From: Parvicellaceae bacterium
GTDB taxonomy: Bacteria > Bacteroidota > Bacteroidia > Flavobacteriales_D > JAUILH01
Direction of reading: 5' to 3'
DNA length: 64,000 nt
Assembly: GCA_965230535.1 (NCBI GenBank)
Contig: OZ246010.1
Location: 48,637-112,636 of the forward strand
Positions within the stretch are counted from its first letter, which is position 1. Each line of letters opens with the position of its first letter. The notes under the pieces are model-generated. The model saw only the letters and a program-made list of their open reading frames with translations, was not told the DNA's origin and made no database searches. This document shows positions 1 through 9,700 of the stretch, piece by piece. Position numbers and translations under genes: made by a program.

Positions 1-648
1 AGAACAGGACTTCAAATCGTGCCGCTTACCTTGCATGAATGGATATATAAGAGAAATGAATTCCTGGATTATTTGGACAGACTGCTGTTAAAGAATGCAG
101 ATGAAATCAACACTATAAAGCCTACTGCTGAAAACCTTCAGGGTCATTGGTTTAAAGTTTTAGAGGTCAATCCAAAATTGGCAAAAAAGATAAGATCTAT
201 TGAAGTGGAATTATTCCGATTAGATGAACAATCTTGCATTGATCAAATAGGGGAGATGCTTAAAAACTATGTCATATTCCTAGATTCTATTTCTGGGAAA
301 TTAAATCCGGATGAAATTACCTATGCACGCTATAAAACGGCTGTTGATCATCTTCTTTTGAAGTTTATCGACAATATGGGCATGATAGTCAATTTATGGG
401 ATGGTATTGGTCAGTCCGGAGATCCGGAAGATGCTGCCACAAGAAGTTTTACAACTACTTTAGTTGTTAAGCAAATGAAAAAGATTGATGAGATCAAAGC
501 TCTTAATGAACAAGCGATAGATGAAGTTCAGAGAACTGCAGTGGAATGGAGTAGGGTAGATACTGTTGGACAAAAACAAAAATTCAATCAGATGCTTTCC
601 GAACTAGAAGAACTCAACAAAATGATCAGGAAATATGACAAGAAGTAA
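1..648 (+). CDS. hypothetical helical protein, 5'-truncated at window edge
   Basis: The reading frame is open from nt 1, with no stop before the GTG at 19. It ends at 646-648. No recognisable motif. It is convergent with the TelA-like gene, 8 nt apart. Confidence 0.4.
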   Translation, partial: RTGLQIVPLTLHEWIYKRNEFLDYLDRLLLKNADEINTIKPTAENLQGHWFKVLEVNPKLAKKIRSIEVELFRLDEQSCIDQIGEMLKNYVIFLDSISGKLNPDEITYARYKTAVDHLLLKFIDNMGMIVNLWDGIGQSGDPEDAATRSFTTTLVVKQMKKIDEIKALNEQAIDEVQRTAVEWSRVDTVGQKQKFNQMLSELEELNKMIRKYDKK

Positions 649-656
649 AAATGTTT

Positions 657-1862
657 CTAATCTAGAATCTCATAGTCATCTTCATCCAAGTCAATCGTGA
701 AATCAGAAGATTTATTCTCATCCTTAGTTTTTACTTCTTCTATAGCCTTAAAGCCTTCATCCGTTAATTTATCCATTCGCTCCATACTGTCTTTTAATTT
801 TGGTAGAGCATCTTCGCGATATTGAGTAATGTCGATAAGTGCTTTCTTAATATTTTCAAAAGCCTTTTCAAGATCTTGGATTTTAAGCGTTGATTCAGTA
901 GCCTTCTTTTGAATCTCTGCACCTTGTTGCTTCAATCTTTCAGAATTAGAAGCAATTAGTTTAGAGGTAGTTTCATTCAAGGCTTCAATCTTCTTTAATA
1001 CAATTTCTTGATTGTTAAGTGCTAGAGCGCAGGCAACGGCCGTTTGTAGAGCTGAAATCGTCACTGTTAAAGCGCGATCAACACCTCTCATTAATTCTCT
1101 GTTGTTTCTAATGATCAGCTCGCTCGTTAAGATACTTTGTTGGTTAACAGCCAAAGTTTGCTGAAGATCAATGATTCTCTGCCTCAATGGGAAAAGTAAT
1201 TCATTTTGAATAAATTGCTTTTTGGGATCTTCTGGTTGAAGCTCATGTTCCAGTTTAAAGGATAGTTTTTGATCGATGAGCTGCCCAAGACGAATATTCT
1301 TTTTGAGCTTATTCATGCCTGAAATCATTCGCTCCTTGTCATTGGAAAGCGTAATATTATCTCTACTTAACTGATCTTTACCTGTCTCCATTGATTGGAC
1401 AATACGAGCAATCACATCCTCTGAAGACATATACCTAGCAAAGTATCTACTTAACCTTTTTCCTATAAACGGGATAAATCTGGAAAGGCGTTCCATAAAA
1501 CCAGCCGGACTGGTTAGATCAAACCTAGCAGGATCAAGATCTTCAACAGTATTTTTTAGATCAACTAAACTATCTGCAACAGCTCCCCCAGTAGAACCAG
1601 CCTTACCTAGCTTTTTAATAGGCGCTTCAAGCATTTTACTGAGATTTGTGACTTCAATCTGAGCTTTTGCTCCCATGGTGTCAACTGCCTCCCGTTTGTT
1701 CTGTTCGGTTACATCATCGCTTAACAAGGAATCAATTACTGAGTCTGCTTTCTTCTCAAGATTTGCATTTGATTTGCCTGATTCGTCCTTATCTAAATTG
1801 ATGTCCTTCTTTAGTTGCTCATCATCAGGAAGGTTTGTTGATTTATCTTGATCCTTGTCCAT
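657..1862 (-). CDS. TelA/YaaN-like toxic anion resistance family protein
   Basis: Coiled-coil-rich protein of about 400 aa. The core 'GKDQLSRDNITLSNDKERMISGMNKLKKNIRLGQLIDQKL' resembles the TelA family. Start moved to ATG 1862 (MDKDQDK), because the first 17 codons of the tracked ORF look non-coding. Confidence 0.55.
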   Translation of the reverse strand: MDKDQDKSTNLPDDEQLKKDINLDKDESGKSNANLEKKADSVIDSLLSDDVTEQNKREAVDTMGAKAQIEVTNLSKMLEAPIKKLGKAGSTGGAVADSLVDLKNTVEDLDPARFDLTSPAGFMERLSRFIPFIGKRLSRYFARYMSSEDVIARIVQSMETGKDQLSRDNITLSNDKERMISGMNKLKKNIRLGQLIDQKLSFKLEHELQPEDPKKQFIQNELLFPLRQRIIDLQQTLAVNQQSILTSELIIRNNRELMRGVDRALTVTISALQTAVACALALNNQEIVLKKIEALNETTSKLIASNSERLKQQGAEIQKKATESTLKIQDLEKAFENIKKALIDITQYREDALPKLKDSMERMDKLTDEGFKAIEEVKTKDENKSSDFTIDLDEDDYEILD

Positions 1863-1948
1863 ACTAAGAGTTTTGATAAATATAGTAATTGATTTTGGAA
1901 AAAGATCACGCATATAAGAACAAGAGTAATCTGAAGCAAAACATTGTA

Positions 1949-1972
1949 AATATCACTGAAAACAGTGATATT
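1949..1972. promoter_or_regulatory. perfect 10-bp inverted repeat (aatatcactg-aaaa-cagtgatatt) in the divergent TelA/HNH intergenic region
   Basis: Read directly from the sequence. It lies between divergent starts at 1862 (-) and 2020 (+). Candidate operator or leader hairpin. Confidence 0.45.
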
Positions 1973-2019
1973 ATTTTGAATGATTTCCATTAAATTGCTC
2001 GAATACACTATAACACACC

Positions 2020-2412
2020 GTGAAATTTCCTACAGACATTAAAGCTAAAGCTCTAGCTGCTTCCGGAAGACGCTGTTGCATTTGTAAAAAAGGCAAAGGC
2101 AAAAAAATAGAGGTTCACCATATAGACACGGAGGAAGGAAATAAATTCGAGAATGCCATACCCTTATGTTTCGATTGTCATTGTGAAGTAGGTCATTACA
2201 ATGATAACCATCCGAAAGGGAACAAGTTTTCGAAGAAAGAACTTGTTCTACATAGAGATCATCTCTATAAGTTAATTGAACAAGGTAAAACTCCATTGGT
2301 GGATGAGGTAGAAGGGATGCTCAATTTGCGATATGTTATTTTTAAAGATTGCGACACTGTGATGAAGGTTTTAGATTTCCAGAAAGACTTTCTTCAATTT
2401 CAAAATTATTGA
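2020..2412 (+). CDS. HNH-type zinc-finger endonuclease domain protein (ends at an in-frame TGA)
   Basis: The pattern 'CCICKKG...IEVHHID...N...IPLCFDCHCEVGH' is CxxC...HH...N...CxxCH. GTG start. The downstream ORF 2512-3558 is in the same frame with no further stop. Confidence 0.6.
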   Translation: MKFPTDIKAKALAASGRRCCICKKGKGKKIEVHHIDTEEGNKFENAIPLCFDCHCEVGHYNDNHPKGNKFSKKELVLHRDHLYKLIEQGKTPLVDEVEGMLNLRYVIFKDCDTVMKVLDFQKDFLQFQNY

Positions 2413-2511
2413 ATAGCAGAAAACAGTATTTCAGATAATATTAGGAAAATCTGTTCAAACAGATATCCTGGTTTTCACAAGCAATATTCAAGTCTTGAAA
2501 GTTATAGAGAA

Positions 2512-3558
2512 TTGTATCCTTCAGCGACTATAGAAAAACAAGATCCCAATTATCCAATATATTCTGCAGTAAGAATTCCCGTGGTTAATGAAATTAAAGG
2601 GCGATCAGGATTAATAGATCTTTGTCTAGAAAACGGAATGAAGCCAGAAAGTTTTGTACGCGCAGTGGTTAGTCCTCCGGAAATGTGCGGAGGACCAGTT
2701 GAAAACGTAATTTTTGATGAATATCTTTCACTTTTTTCACCATGGTTTGTGTTTTTTGAAATCAATAATGCTTCTATGGAGAGTATAGTACTTAATAATA
2801 TTAAAGGTCTTCAATACTCTGAATTTGGTGACTTCTCTGATCTTTCAAAAGAAGATAAAGTCAATTGGTCTCAATATTTCCCCCCAAACCCAATTAAGCC
2901 TGGTGAATCAGTTATGATACCATTGACAATTCTCCTGGAAAATCAATTTACCAGCCCTAACAAGTATGAAAGTCTAACAATTATGGAAGAGTATTCTTGG
3001 GAAGTTGCAGAGAGGCATCAACTTTTTATAGAAAAAAATCTATTATCAGAGAAAAATACATTTACCTACTTGGCTACAAGATTCCTTCCTCGTAGTCTTT
3101 CCTATTCCCTCAATGATGTGAGTTATGAATTATCAACTCATGAATTAGACTTAAATCGAGTATATACTATTGATTCGCAAATTATGTGTGGATCTTGTCC
3201 TCATTTATTTGTAATAAAACAAGATGGGGCCATGGAATTTGTTCGATCTTTATTTACCCTAAACCCTGGCGAAGAATGTCTTGAAAAAATTGAAATTAAA
3301 AGTGATTGGAACCTGATCTTAATATGCGAACTCGAACCAGAGATTACTTATCTATCTCAGGTTATCTTAGATGGTAAGGAAGTGCTGACTGATTTTAAAT
3401 TAGAAGAGGGCGATGAGATAGAGATAGAGGTAAAAGGTTCTCGTCAGGTTACAATAACAGGAAAATATATAAGTGAAATTATTAGAACTGATTTTGCAGC
3501 TATTCAGCAGAGAAATAGGTTAGTAAGTAGTAGGATTTTGGCAGATGACAAGTATTAA
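2512..3558 (+). CDS. hypothetical protein (possibly the C-terminal part of the HNH gene)
   Basis: 348-codon ORF with a TTG start in the track. Same frame as 2020-2412 and stop-free across 2413-2511. Its end overlaps the next ORF by 14 nt (ATG at 3545). Confidence 0.5.
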   Translation: MYPSATIEKQDPNYPIYSAVRIPVVNEIKGRSGLIDLCLENGMKPESFVRAVVSPPEMCGGPVENVIFDEYLSLFSPWFVFFEINNASMESIVLNNIKGLQYSEFGDFSDLSKEDKVNWSQYFPPNPIKPGESVMIPLTILLENQFTSPNKYESLTIMEEYSWEVAERHQLFIEKNLLSEKNTFTYLATRFLPRSLSYSLNDVSYELSTHELDLNRVYTIDSQIMCGSCPHLFVIKQDGAMEFVRSLFTLNPGEECLEKIEIKSDWNLILICELEPEITYLSQVILDGKEVLTDFKLEEGDEIEIEVKGSRQVTITGKYISEIIRTDFAAIQQRNRLVSSRILADDKY

Positions 3559-4129
3559 TCGAGAAGCAGGAGACAAGACAAAAGGATTTACTCTTCAGAA
3601 ACAAAGAGCAATAGCTTTATTTTTTGACGAAGTAAAATCTAATCCAAATGCTCATGTTAATGTAGCAATTGAGCATATGGGAGATGTATACCTTCAAAAT
3701 GATCAGTCTGGATATATCGAAGAACAGAAGAATTACAGTGAGGAAAAAGCCTTTTCATTCAACTCTGACCAAATTCTAAATACCCTTGCTTATTTTCTTG
3801 AAATATGGCTAGCTGAAGATAAGAGCCAGAATATAAAATTCGGGTTCTATTCAACAAGTAAGATAGCCAAGGAAAGTAATATCGAAAAAGTGAAGAATCT
3901 AGGAATTACATTGCCTAATGAAGGAGTGTTAAAATTGCTTGTAGAAAGGAAGTTGTCGGAAGATCATTTACTTGATTCGGTTAAAAAGTATTTAATCGCA
4001 GAATACAAAGATCAATATGATGAAGATGTCACAGATAAATTAGATGATACTTCATTGACTACTTTTCTCAATTCAATTAATTGGAACTTTGAACAGGATA
4101 ATGAAAAAGAATATAAAAGAGAAGTTTAA
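3545..4129 (+). CDS. Cap4/DUF4297-like PD-(D/E)xK nuclease domain protein (ends at an in-frame TAA)
   Basis: The N-terminal 'GDKTKGFTLQKQRAIALF', 'VAIEHMGDVYL' and 'YIEEQKNY' fit the G..KGF.yQ / E...D / E.K layout of Cap4-type dsDNA nuclease domains. Assigned by eye only. Confidence 0.5.
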   Translation: MTSINREAGDKTKGFTLQKQRAIALFFDEVKSNPNAHVNVAIEHMGDVYLQNDQSGYIEEQKNYSEEKAFSFNSDQILNTLAYFLEIWLAEDKSQNIKFGFYSTSKIAKESNIEKVKNLGITLPNEGVLKLLVERKLSEDHLLDSVKKYLIAEYKDQYDEDVTDKLDDTSLTTFLNSINWNFEQDNEKEYKREV

Positions 4130-4204
4130 AAAAAAATTAAAGCCTCTGAATTTGCTTCATCCTTTACAAATTCATACCAGCCTGAGTTTGTCTACGCGGC
4201 ACTA

Positions 4205-5197
4205 ATGCTTGCATTGGAAGAAAAACAAGATGAAATTGACATTATTTTAAAGTTCCTTCAAAAAGATAGGGTAGAAAATTTATTTCTAAAGGTATCAGCT
4301 GGTCAAGAGATTAATGTCAGAGCTCATAAATATCTCCATATTGATCAGGCCGATCTTATCGAAAAAAATAAGACTTGGCTAAAAACATTTCTTGAGAATA
4401 AATATTTCTCGAATATCAAGGATAAATCTTTTCCAGAACTAATTGAAAGGAAAGTTGCGAAACACAACAAAGAAATCAAAATTCTGAGGGAGAACTTGGA
4501 ACAAACGGATCCAGAAAAAGCTCAGCATTTGGATGTTGTTGTTAAGAGTTTGGGGGATTTAATAAATGATTCAAGACCAACATTCTTATTTGGAGAAATT
4601 GGCAGTGGAAAAAGCACATTGTTAGCTCATCATTTTCTGAATGAATTGGAGGGAGAAATCTTACCAATTTTTATTCCGTCAACTTATCTTAAGGGTTATG
4701 ACTTAAAAACGATACTTGTTCGTTATACTTCAATTAAACCTTATATAAAGACTAACGCGCTTTTAAGAATAATGGGGAGTTGGAATTTAAATAGGGAAGG
4801 TGACAACCAATCTCGGGAAATAGAAAACTATCTGAATGAAATCGATGAAAAATTTAATGACTGGTTCAGTAATGATCCAGATAGAGCTATTCAGACACTG
4901 CTAGAAATTGGTGGAAACATATTTTTACTGAATAATATTGATTTTGAACTGCTTAAAACTATAGATAAAGAACTCATTAGGCAGATAAAGTCAAAATTTG
5001 ACTACAGCAACTATGATTATGATGATGGTTACTTTTGGCTCTATTTTGATGATTTTAGTTACAATGATTCAGACTGGAATGGCTTTGATAATGTACTAGA
5101 TTCGTTTGATTCAGACTTTGACAGCGTAGGATGTTCGTCATGGGATTCTGGTTGTTCAAGTTGCAGTGGCTGTGGCGGATGTGGTGGTTGTAGTTAA
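4205..5197 (+). CDS. P-loop NTPase (NACHT/STAND-like Walker A) with an acidic-aromatic and Cys/Gly-rich C-terminal tail
   Basis: Walker A 'GEIGSGKSTLL' is followed by 'ILPIFIPSTYL'. A possible degenerate Walker B is 'IFLLNNIDFEL'. Same frame as 3545-4129 and stop-free across 4130-4204. Confidence 0.55.
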   Translation: MLALEEKQDEIDIILKFLQKDRVENLFLKVSAGQEINVRAHKYLHIDQADLIEKNKTWLKTFLENKYFSNIKDKSFPELIERKVAKHNKEIKILRENLEQTDPEKAQHLDVVVKSLGDLINDSRPTFLFGEIGSGKSTLLAHHFLNELEGEILPIFIPSTYLKGYDLKTILVRYTSIKPYIKTNALLRIMGSWNLNREGDNQSREIENYLNEIDEKFNDWFSNDPDRAIQTLLEIGGNIFLLNNIDFELLKTIDKELIRQIKSKFDYSNYDYDDGYFWLYFDDFSYNDSDWNGFDNVLDSFDSDFDSVGCSSWDSGCSSCSGCGGCGGCS

Positions 5198-5524
5198 TTA
5201 TTAGAATCTCTTGGATTTAATAGAAGAGCTCTAGCAAATCATTCTAAATATTAAAAATATTTGATGATTTTACAATTCCAGATTTTAGTTTGTAATTCTA
5301 TATTTTATTTTAGAATCCTTCTACAAGAGCTATCAATATTGAGATTCCATATATTAGTTCAGAATAATTCCAGAATTTAAATCGGAAGTATCACATATAA
5401 TGCGCAGCATGGCTGTTGGGATTATATACGAGAATCTCAAACAACTCCGTTTGTCCTATAATTTATATTATGTTAAATAGATATTTTCTCAATGCATACT
5501 CATAAACAATCCTCTACTTCAAAA

Positions 5525-6784
5525 TCACTCAGATTCTTCCGGACGATACTTCTCTATCATCTTGTAATGACAATCACAATATTCCCGATACAATTCAAAT
5601 TCCTTGTAAATAACACTCCCCTTATCAAAAGTTGATTCGTTATCGATTTCCAGGTTCTTACTTAAACCATAAACTTTGCTCGCGATTTTTCGCTCGTTGA
5701 GTTCCCAGGATTTGATATTGATCATGCAGCCAAGGAAAGATCCGTACAGAAATATGTACGACAAAATGGATACGTAAAAAACTCGCTGACGGAAATGCTG
5801 ATGAATTTCTATCAGAATAATCTTCTTGTATACTTGTTTACTCCACACATAACATGAGAAATATCCCACGACCAACATTCCTACCGGCAAAAATAAAAAT
5901 GTGTATATCACCACATTGGTCGCCAAATAGTCGCTCACTCCAAGCGAATCCCATTTAAAGCACGCCAACCATAGTATGGCATTCAAAATTACCCAGGCAC
6001 TCCTCATCCACGACTTGTTAAACCAACGATACCACATCACTATGACATTGACATATGAAATCAAAAACAAAATGAACAAAGACATAGCCAAAACGCTGGT
6101 ATAGTTGACAATGATGATGTTTTTGTACAAATACCCAGCATACAATTCGTCCTTCAGAATCACATGCTTGGAACCATAATAATACTGGAGCTTATTATCC
6201 GGATAAAAATGAAGCTGATTGCAAGCTGCTATGTCTCTAAGACAAGACGAATCAAAGCACGGAGGCTCTATGCAGGTATCTATCACACATAGTTTCTCAA
6301 GATTCTGAGGCACCATAATTCTGTCGAATTGCTGGAGTTTTATGTCGTCCGAAACATGACGATACTCTCCCCCGTTCGCTTTTAAAGCATTGTCGTCCTT
6401 CAACCAAATATTGTCCAAACTCATCTGTTTTGGGTTGTTTGGGTACTTGATGTTGATCCAACTCTCTGCCTGAGAAGCCACAAACACACCGCTGGCGTAA
6501 ATAATACCACTCACTACAATCAATAGAATAATTCCGGTGGCTGTTGACGCGATTGAAAACTTGCTGTCCTTTACCGCCAGATCAATGAAATTGCGACCAA
6601 TCATCTTGACCACCCTGCTCATCAGGTCTTTTACTTTGGACACATAATCGCGTAGCTTTTTACAATCGCCAAATTCCTTTCGGTTATCCAAAATCAGGAT
6701 GCCAATTCCCAGAAACACGCAGGTTACCAGGAAAAAGCCCTGAATAAAAACGTCAATTGAATGATATTCGCTCAGTTCTAACAT
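5525..6784 (-). CDS. polytopic membrane protein (about 6 TM) with a Cys-rich extracytoplasmic loop, operon partner of the giant hydrolase
   Basis: Hydrophobic segments include VFIQGFFLVTCVFLGIGILIL, GIILLIVVSGIIYASGVFVA, VLAMSLFILFLISYVNVIVMWY and VVIYTFLFLPVGMLVVGYF. The loop carries 'CVIDTCIEPPCFDSSCLRDIAAC'. It starts 11 nt after the stop of 6796-12444. Confidence 0.6.
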   Translation of the reverse strand: MLELSEYHSIDVFIQGFFLVTCVFLGIGILILDNRKEFGDCKKLRDYVSKVKDLMSRVVKMIGRNFIDLAVKDSKFSIASTATGIILLIVVSGIIYASGVFVASQAESWINIKYPNNPKQMSLDNIWLKDDNALKANGGEYRHVSDDIKLQQFDRIMVPQNLEKLCVIDTCIEPPCFDSSCLRDIAACNQLHFYPDNKLQYYYGSKHVILKDELYAGYLYKNIIIVNYTSVLAMSLFILFLISYVNVIVMWYRWFNKSWMRSAWVILNAILWLACFKWDSLGVSDYLATNVVIYTFLFLPVGMLVVGYFSCYVWSKQVYKKIILIEIHQHFRQRVFYVSILSYIFLYGSFLGCMINIKSWELNERKIASKVYGLSKNLEIDNESTFDKGSVIYKEFELYREYCDCHYKMIEKYRPEESE

Positions 6785-6795
6785 AGTCTGATTCC

Positions 6796-9700
6796 TTAGG
6801 ATAGTAAGTCAAATAGTTTCTTGGAAACCTTGGTGTGCTTCTCATCCAAATAACTGAAGTGCGACACATCCTTATCACAAATCATGAATTGTTTTCCTTC
6901 AGTCAACTCTATCACATTGGCCAATTCTTCATTCTCGAAAATAGCTCCTGGTGTTGGCGTCACTCCATCGTTATGTTCTCCTTTGAAAATTAATCTGTCG
7001 ACAGCACCATCCAGTATTTTGGAAATCAGTTTTCCCTTTGGCTCAAAATGAGATGTAAACACAAAATAATTATCTCTGTTCATCTCTATTTGATTGAGCT
7101 TCAGGATCACTTCACTGGTTTCTTCCATATCATCAATTCCAGGTAGATCCACGATTTTGTCGGCCAGAATCTTAATTGCAGAGAAAATGGTTGGCACCAC
7201 TGGCGCAATCGTTCCCAAAGTAATTCTTGAAATGATAGTCGCATAGTTGAACAAACTATTCCAATTCTTCGAAGACGCAATCATAGTCCCTTGGTTAGGC
7301 GTACCGAACATAAGAAGTTGATTGAGCTTGAAAGGTGCATTGGTACTCGTTTGTCTGGTCGTTTTGGTCACCCAATTTTCTTCAAACAGATGTCTCGCCA
7401 CTACGCCTCCTCTACTCATAGCCATGACTGTACACGGCTTCTGCTTGAATTTTCCCTTGAAAATTTTCTCGAGCTGATTGGCATTTTCCTCTACTCTGTG
7501 AACAATCGTTGGCATATTAATACCAATGATGTAACGTCCATGCTTTTTGAGCAGTTTTTCCCGCACACTTGAAGAACTCAGGAATTCATCAAAGCTCTTG
7601 TTTACACCTCTAAACAAGCCCTGGAACAATATCAATACCGGTTTCGAATCATTAGAAATTGCCTGATAAATCTTCTTCGAATCTATGTCATTGGTATGTT
7701 GCCAGGCATTGTCCCCTATTACATTCGACTTTAAATCATAGATAAAGATGTCGTACTTGTCATTGCCAATGGTTTTCAATAAAGAATTGGCTTTAGACTT
7801 AGACAACTTTTTGAGCACTTTCTTAACCGCCCATTTTTTGATTTTTATCACCGCTTTCTTCAACAGTTTCCCAATGAATCTTTGGTTATTCTGTAGGTCA
7901 TCCAGCGGAATTTCAAACAGGTTTCTTTGCGCAGGCTTTTGTTCATTAACAGATCGTTTAGATTTGTTGAGTTCTTCGAAAACAGGGTGCTTCCATTCGT
8001 AAACGGTTCCGTCTTCATACACTTTTTCAATGATCATCACAGATTCAAGTTCCGGATCAGTGACTTCTATGGTTAAACTCGTTTCCAAACCTTCTCTTAC
8101 GCTACGACTCGTACTTATCTCCAGTTCAAATTCATCATTCCAAACAATGTCATTGTCAATTACCTCCTGCGTAGAACTTGAGTTGGAAATGTTGTACTCC
8201 ACCCCAACAGCTTGTATTCTGATGTCACCACGTTTGCTGGAAAGTATTGTGCTTGAAATGTTATCCGTCACATTGATGGTATCAGGAGTGCGTAAGTCCT
8301 GTTTTCTTGACAAATTCTTTTTCAGGAAGTCTGAAGCATAAGGCGACTGAATGATTTTATTGATCAGATCCGGATTATCCAATGATATCGTTTCCTCCTC
8401 CAGGTTAATCTCATCAAGGAACGGGAATAAATCAACATCTTTATGAAGCAGCTGAGAAATCTCTGTTAGCATCATATCTTCAAGTGCCTCATTCAGCTTC
8501 TCATTGTTTTCCATTCCTCTGGCAAACACACCAAAAATCCCTCCCAGAAAACGTCTTCTTTCAGGTGCTTTTTTAGCCTTCTTGATTTTCGATTCCAGTT
8601 TAGCCGGAGCAAATTCAGACTGAAGCGCATCATTTGCTTTCAAAAGTCCGTTTCCAAAAATCCAGTTAAACTCTGTCGACTTATTTGCTGATAGGAACAA
8701 AGCCTTTCTGACTATCTCTGCTTTCTTCCACGCATTTTTGCCCTGGTATTTAGACAATTCTTTTTTGTATTTCTGCACATAAAGCGCAGCGGCTGCCGCA
8801 ATTTGAGGAGTTGCACTGGAAGTTCCACCACCCGCTTTCACATAATAGCTGATACTGCCATCCGGTTGTTTTTCTTTTTGATGAAACCAGGTAATATTAG
8901 GTGTATATGCAGCTAAACTGGTCGGCAAAGCGCTTTGAGGTCCGTAACAAGTTTGCATGTACTTTCCTCCGGCTGCCCTGGTCATTTTGTTGTACTCGTT
9001 CAGGTAAGGACGTTTCGTGTAAGTCGCTCCAACCGCTGCCAATACTCTATCATACCTTGCCGGGTATAATGTCCTTTTTGGAAGGATGATCTTTCCGCCT
9101 TTCGACCAACTATTTCCTGCCGCAGACACAATGATAACACCTGCTTCATAAGCACGGTTAACCGCTTTAGCCATCACTTTACTTGGGAGGCCAGCCATTG
9201 ACATTGTAATCACATCACAGCCCTGATCGATCGCATAATTAACTGCTCTGGCAAAGTGTTTACCAGAAAGCAAGACCACGGTTTCGCTTATTTTAATGGG
9301 CAAGACTTTTGCATAAGGAATCGCTCCAAAAAAGCCCTTGTAATTGTCTCCTGTATCTTCATAGTCAACCCAGTTTCCGGCCAGAATTGACATAGTTGCG
9401 TTTCCATGACCATGTTGTTCGAAAGCAGCAAATCTTTCATCCAGATCAATTCCGGAACCTGTGTTGGTTCCTAAAATCTCAGAGTAATCTATGTTCATTG
9501 GCAAGCTTGGATGCCCTTCAATGTATCCTGTATCAATATGTCCGATTTTAACAAGATCTTTTGTCTTTGGCTTTTTTGCTCCCTGTTTGATTTCCGGAAA
9601 TACGGATTCATTGGCAGTTTTTAAACCACTATGCTCATCTCCCAAATGCCAAATGAAAGGTTCCGGATTGCCTTCATCTTCCGGGTTTGGGTAGGTCTTT

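Noticed and set aside
1811-2008. A 65-aa minus-strand ORF overlapping the TelA 5' end and the palindrome
   Set aside because: It is a hydrophobic AT-rich translation across the promoter and palindrome region. It overlaps the better-supported TelA frame, and nothing supports it as coding.
2410-2412. The in-frame TGA as genome-wide recoding or selenocysteine
   Set aside because: TGA clearly terminates other genes here, for example hmgA at 16926-16928. The only nearby hairpin (atctgt-tcaa-acagat, 2449-2464) starts ~37 nt downstream and does not resemble a bacterial SECIS. The context is UGA-A. A nonsense mutation is the simpler reading.
4127-4138. The A9 run as a programmed frameshift or transcriptional-slippage site joining the two ORFs
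   Set aside because: The upstream and downstream ORFs are in the same frame, so adding or removing A residues would break the frame rather than restore it. The TAA itself is the only obstacle.
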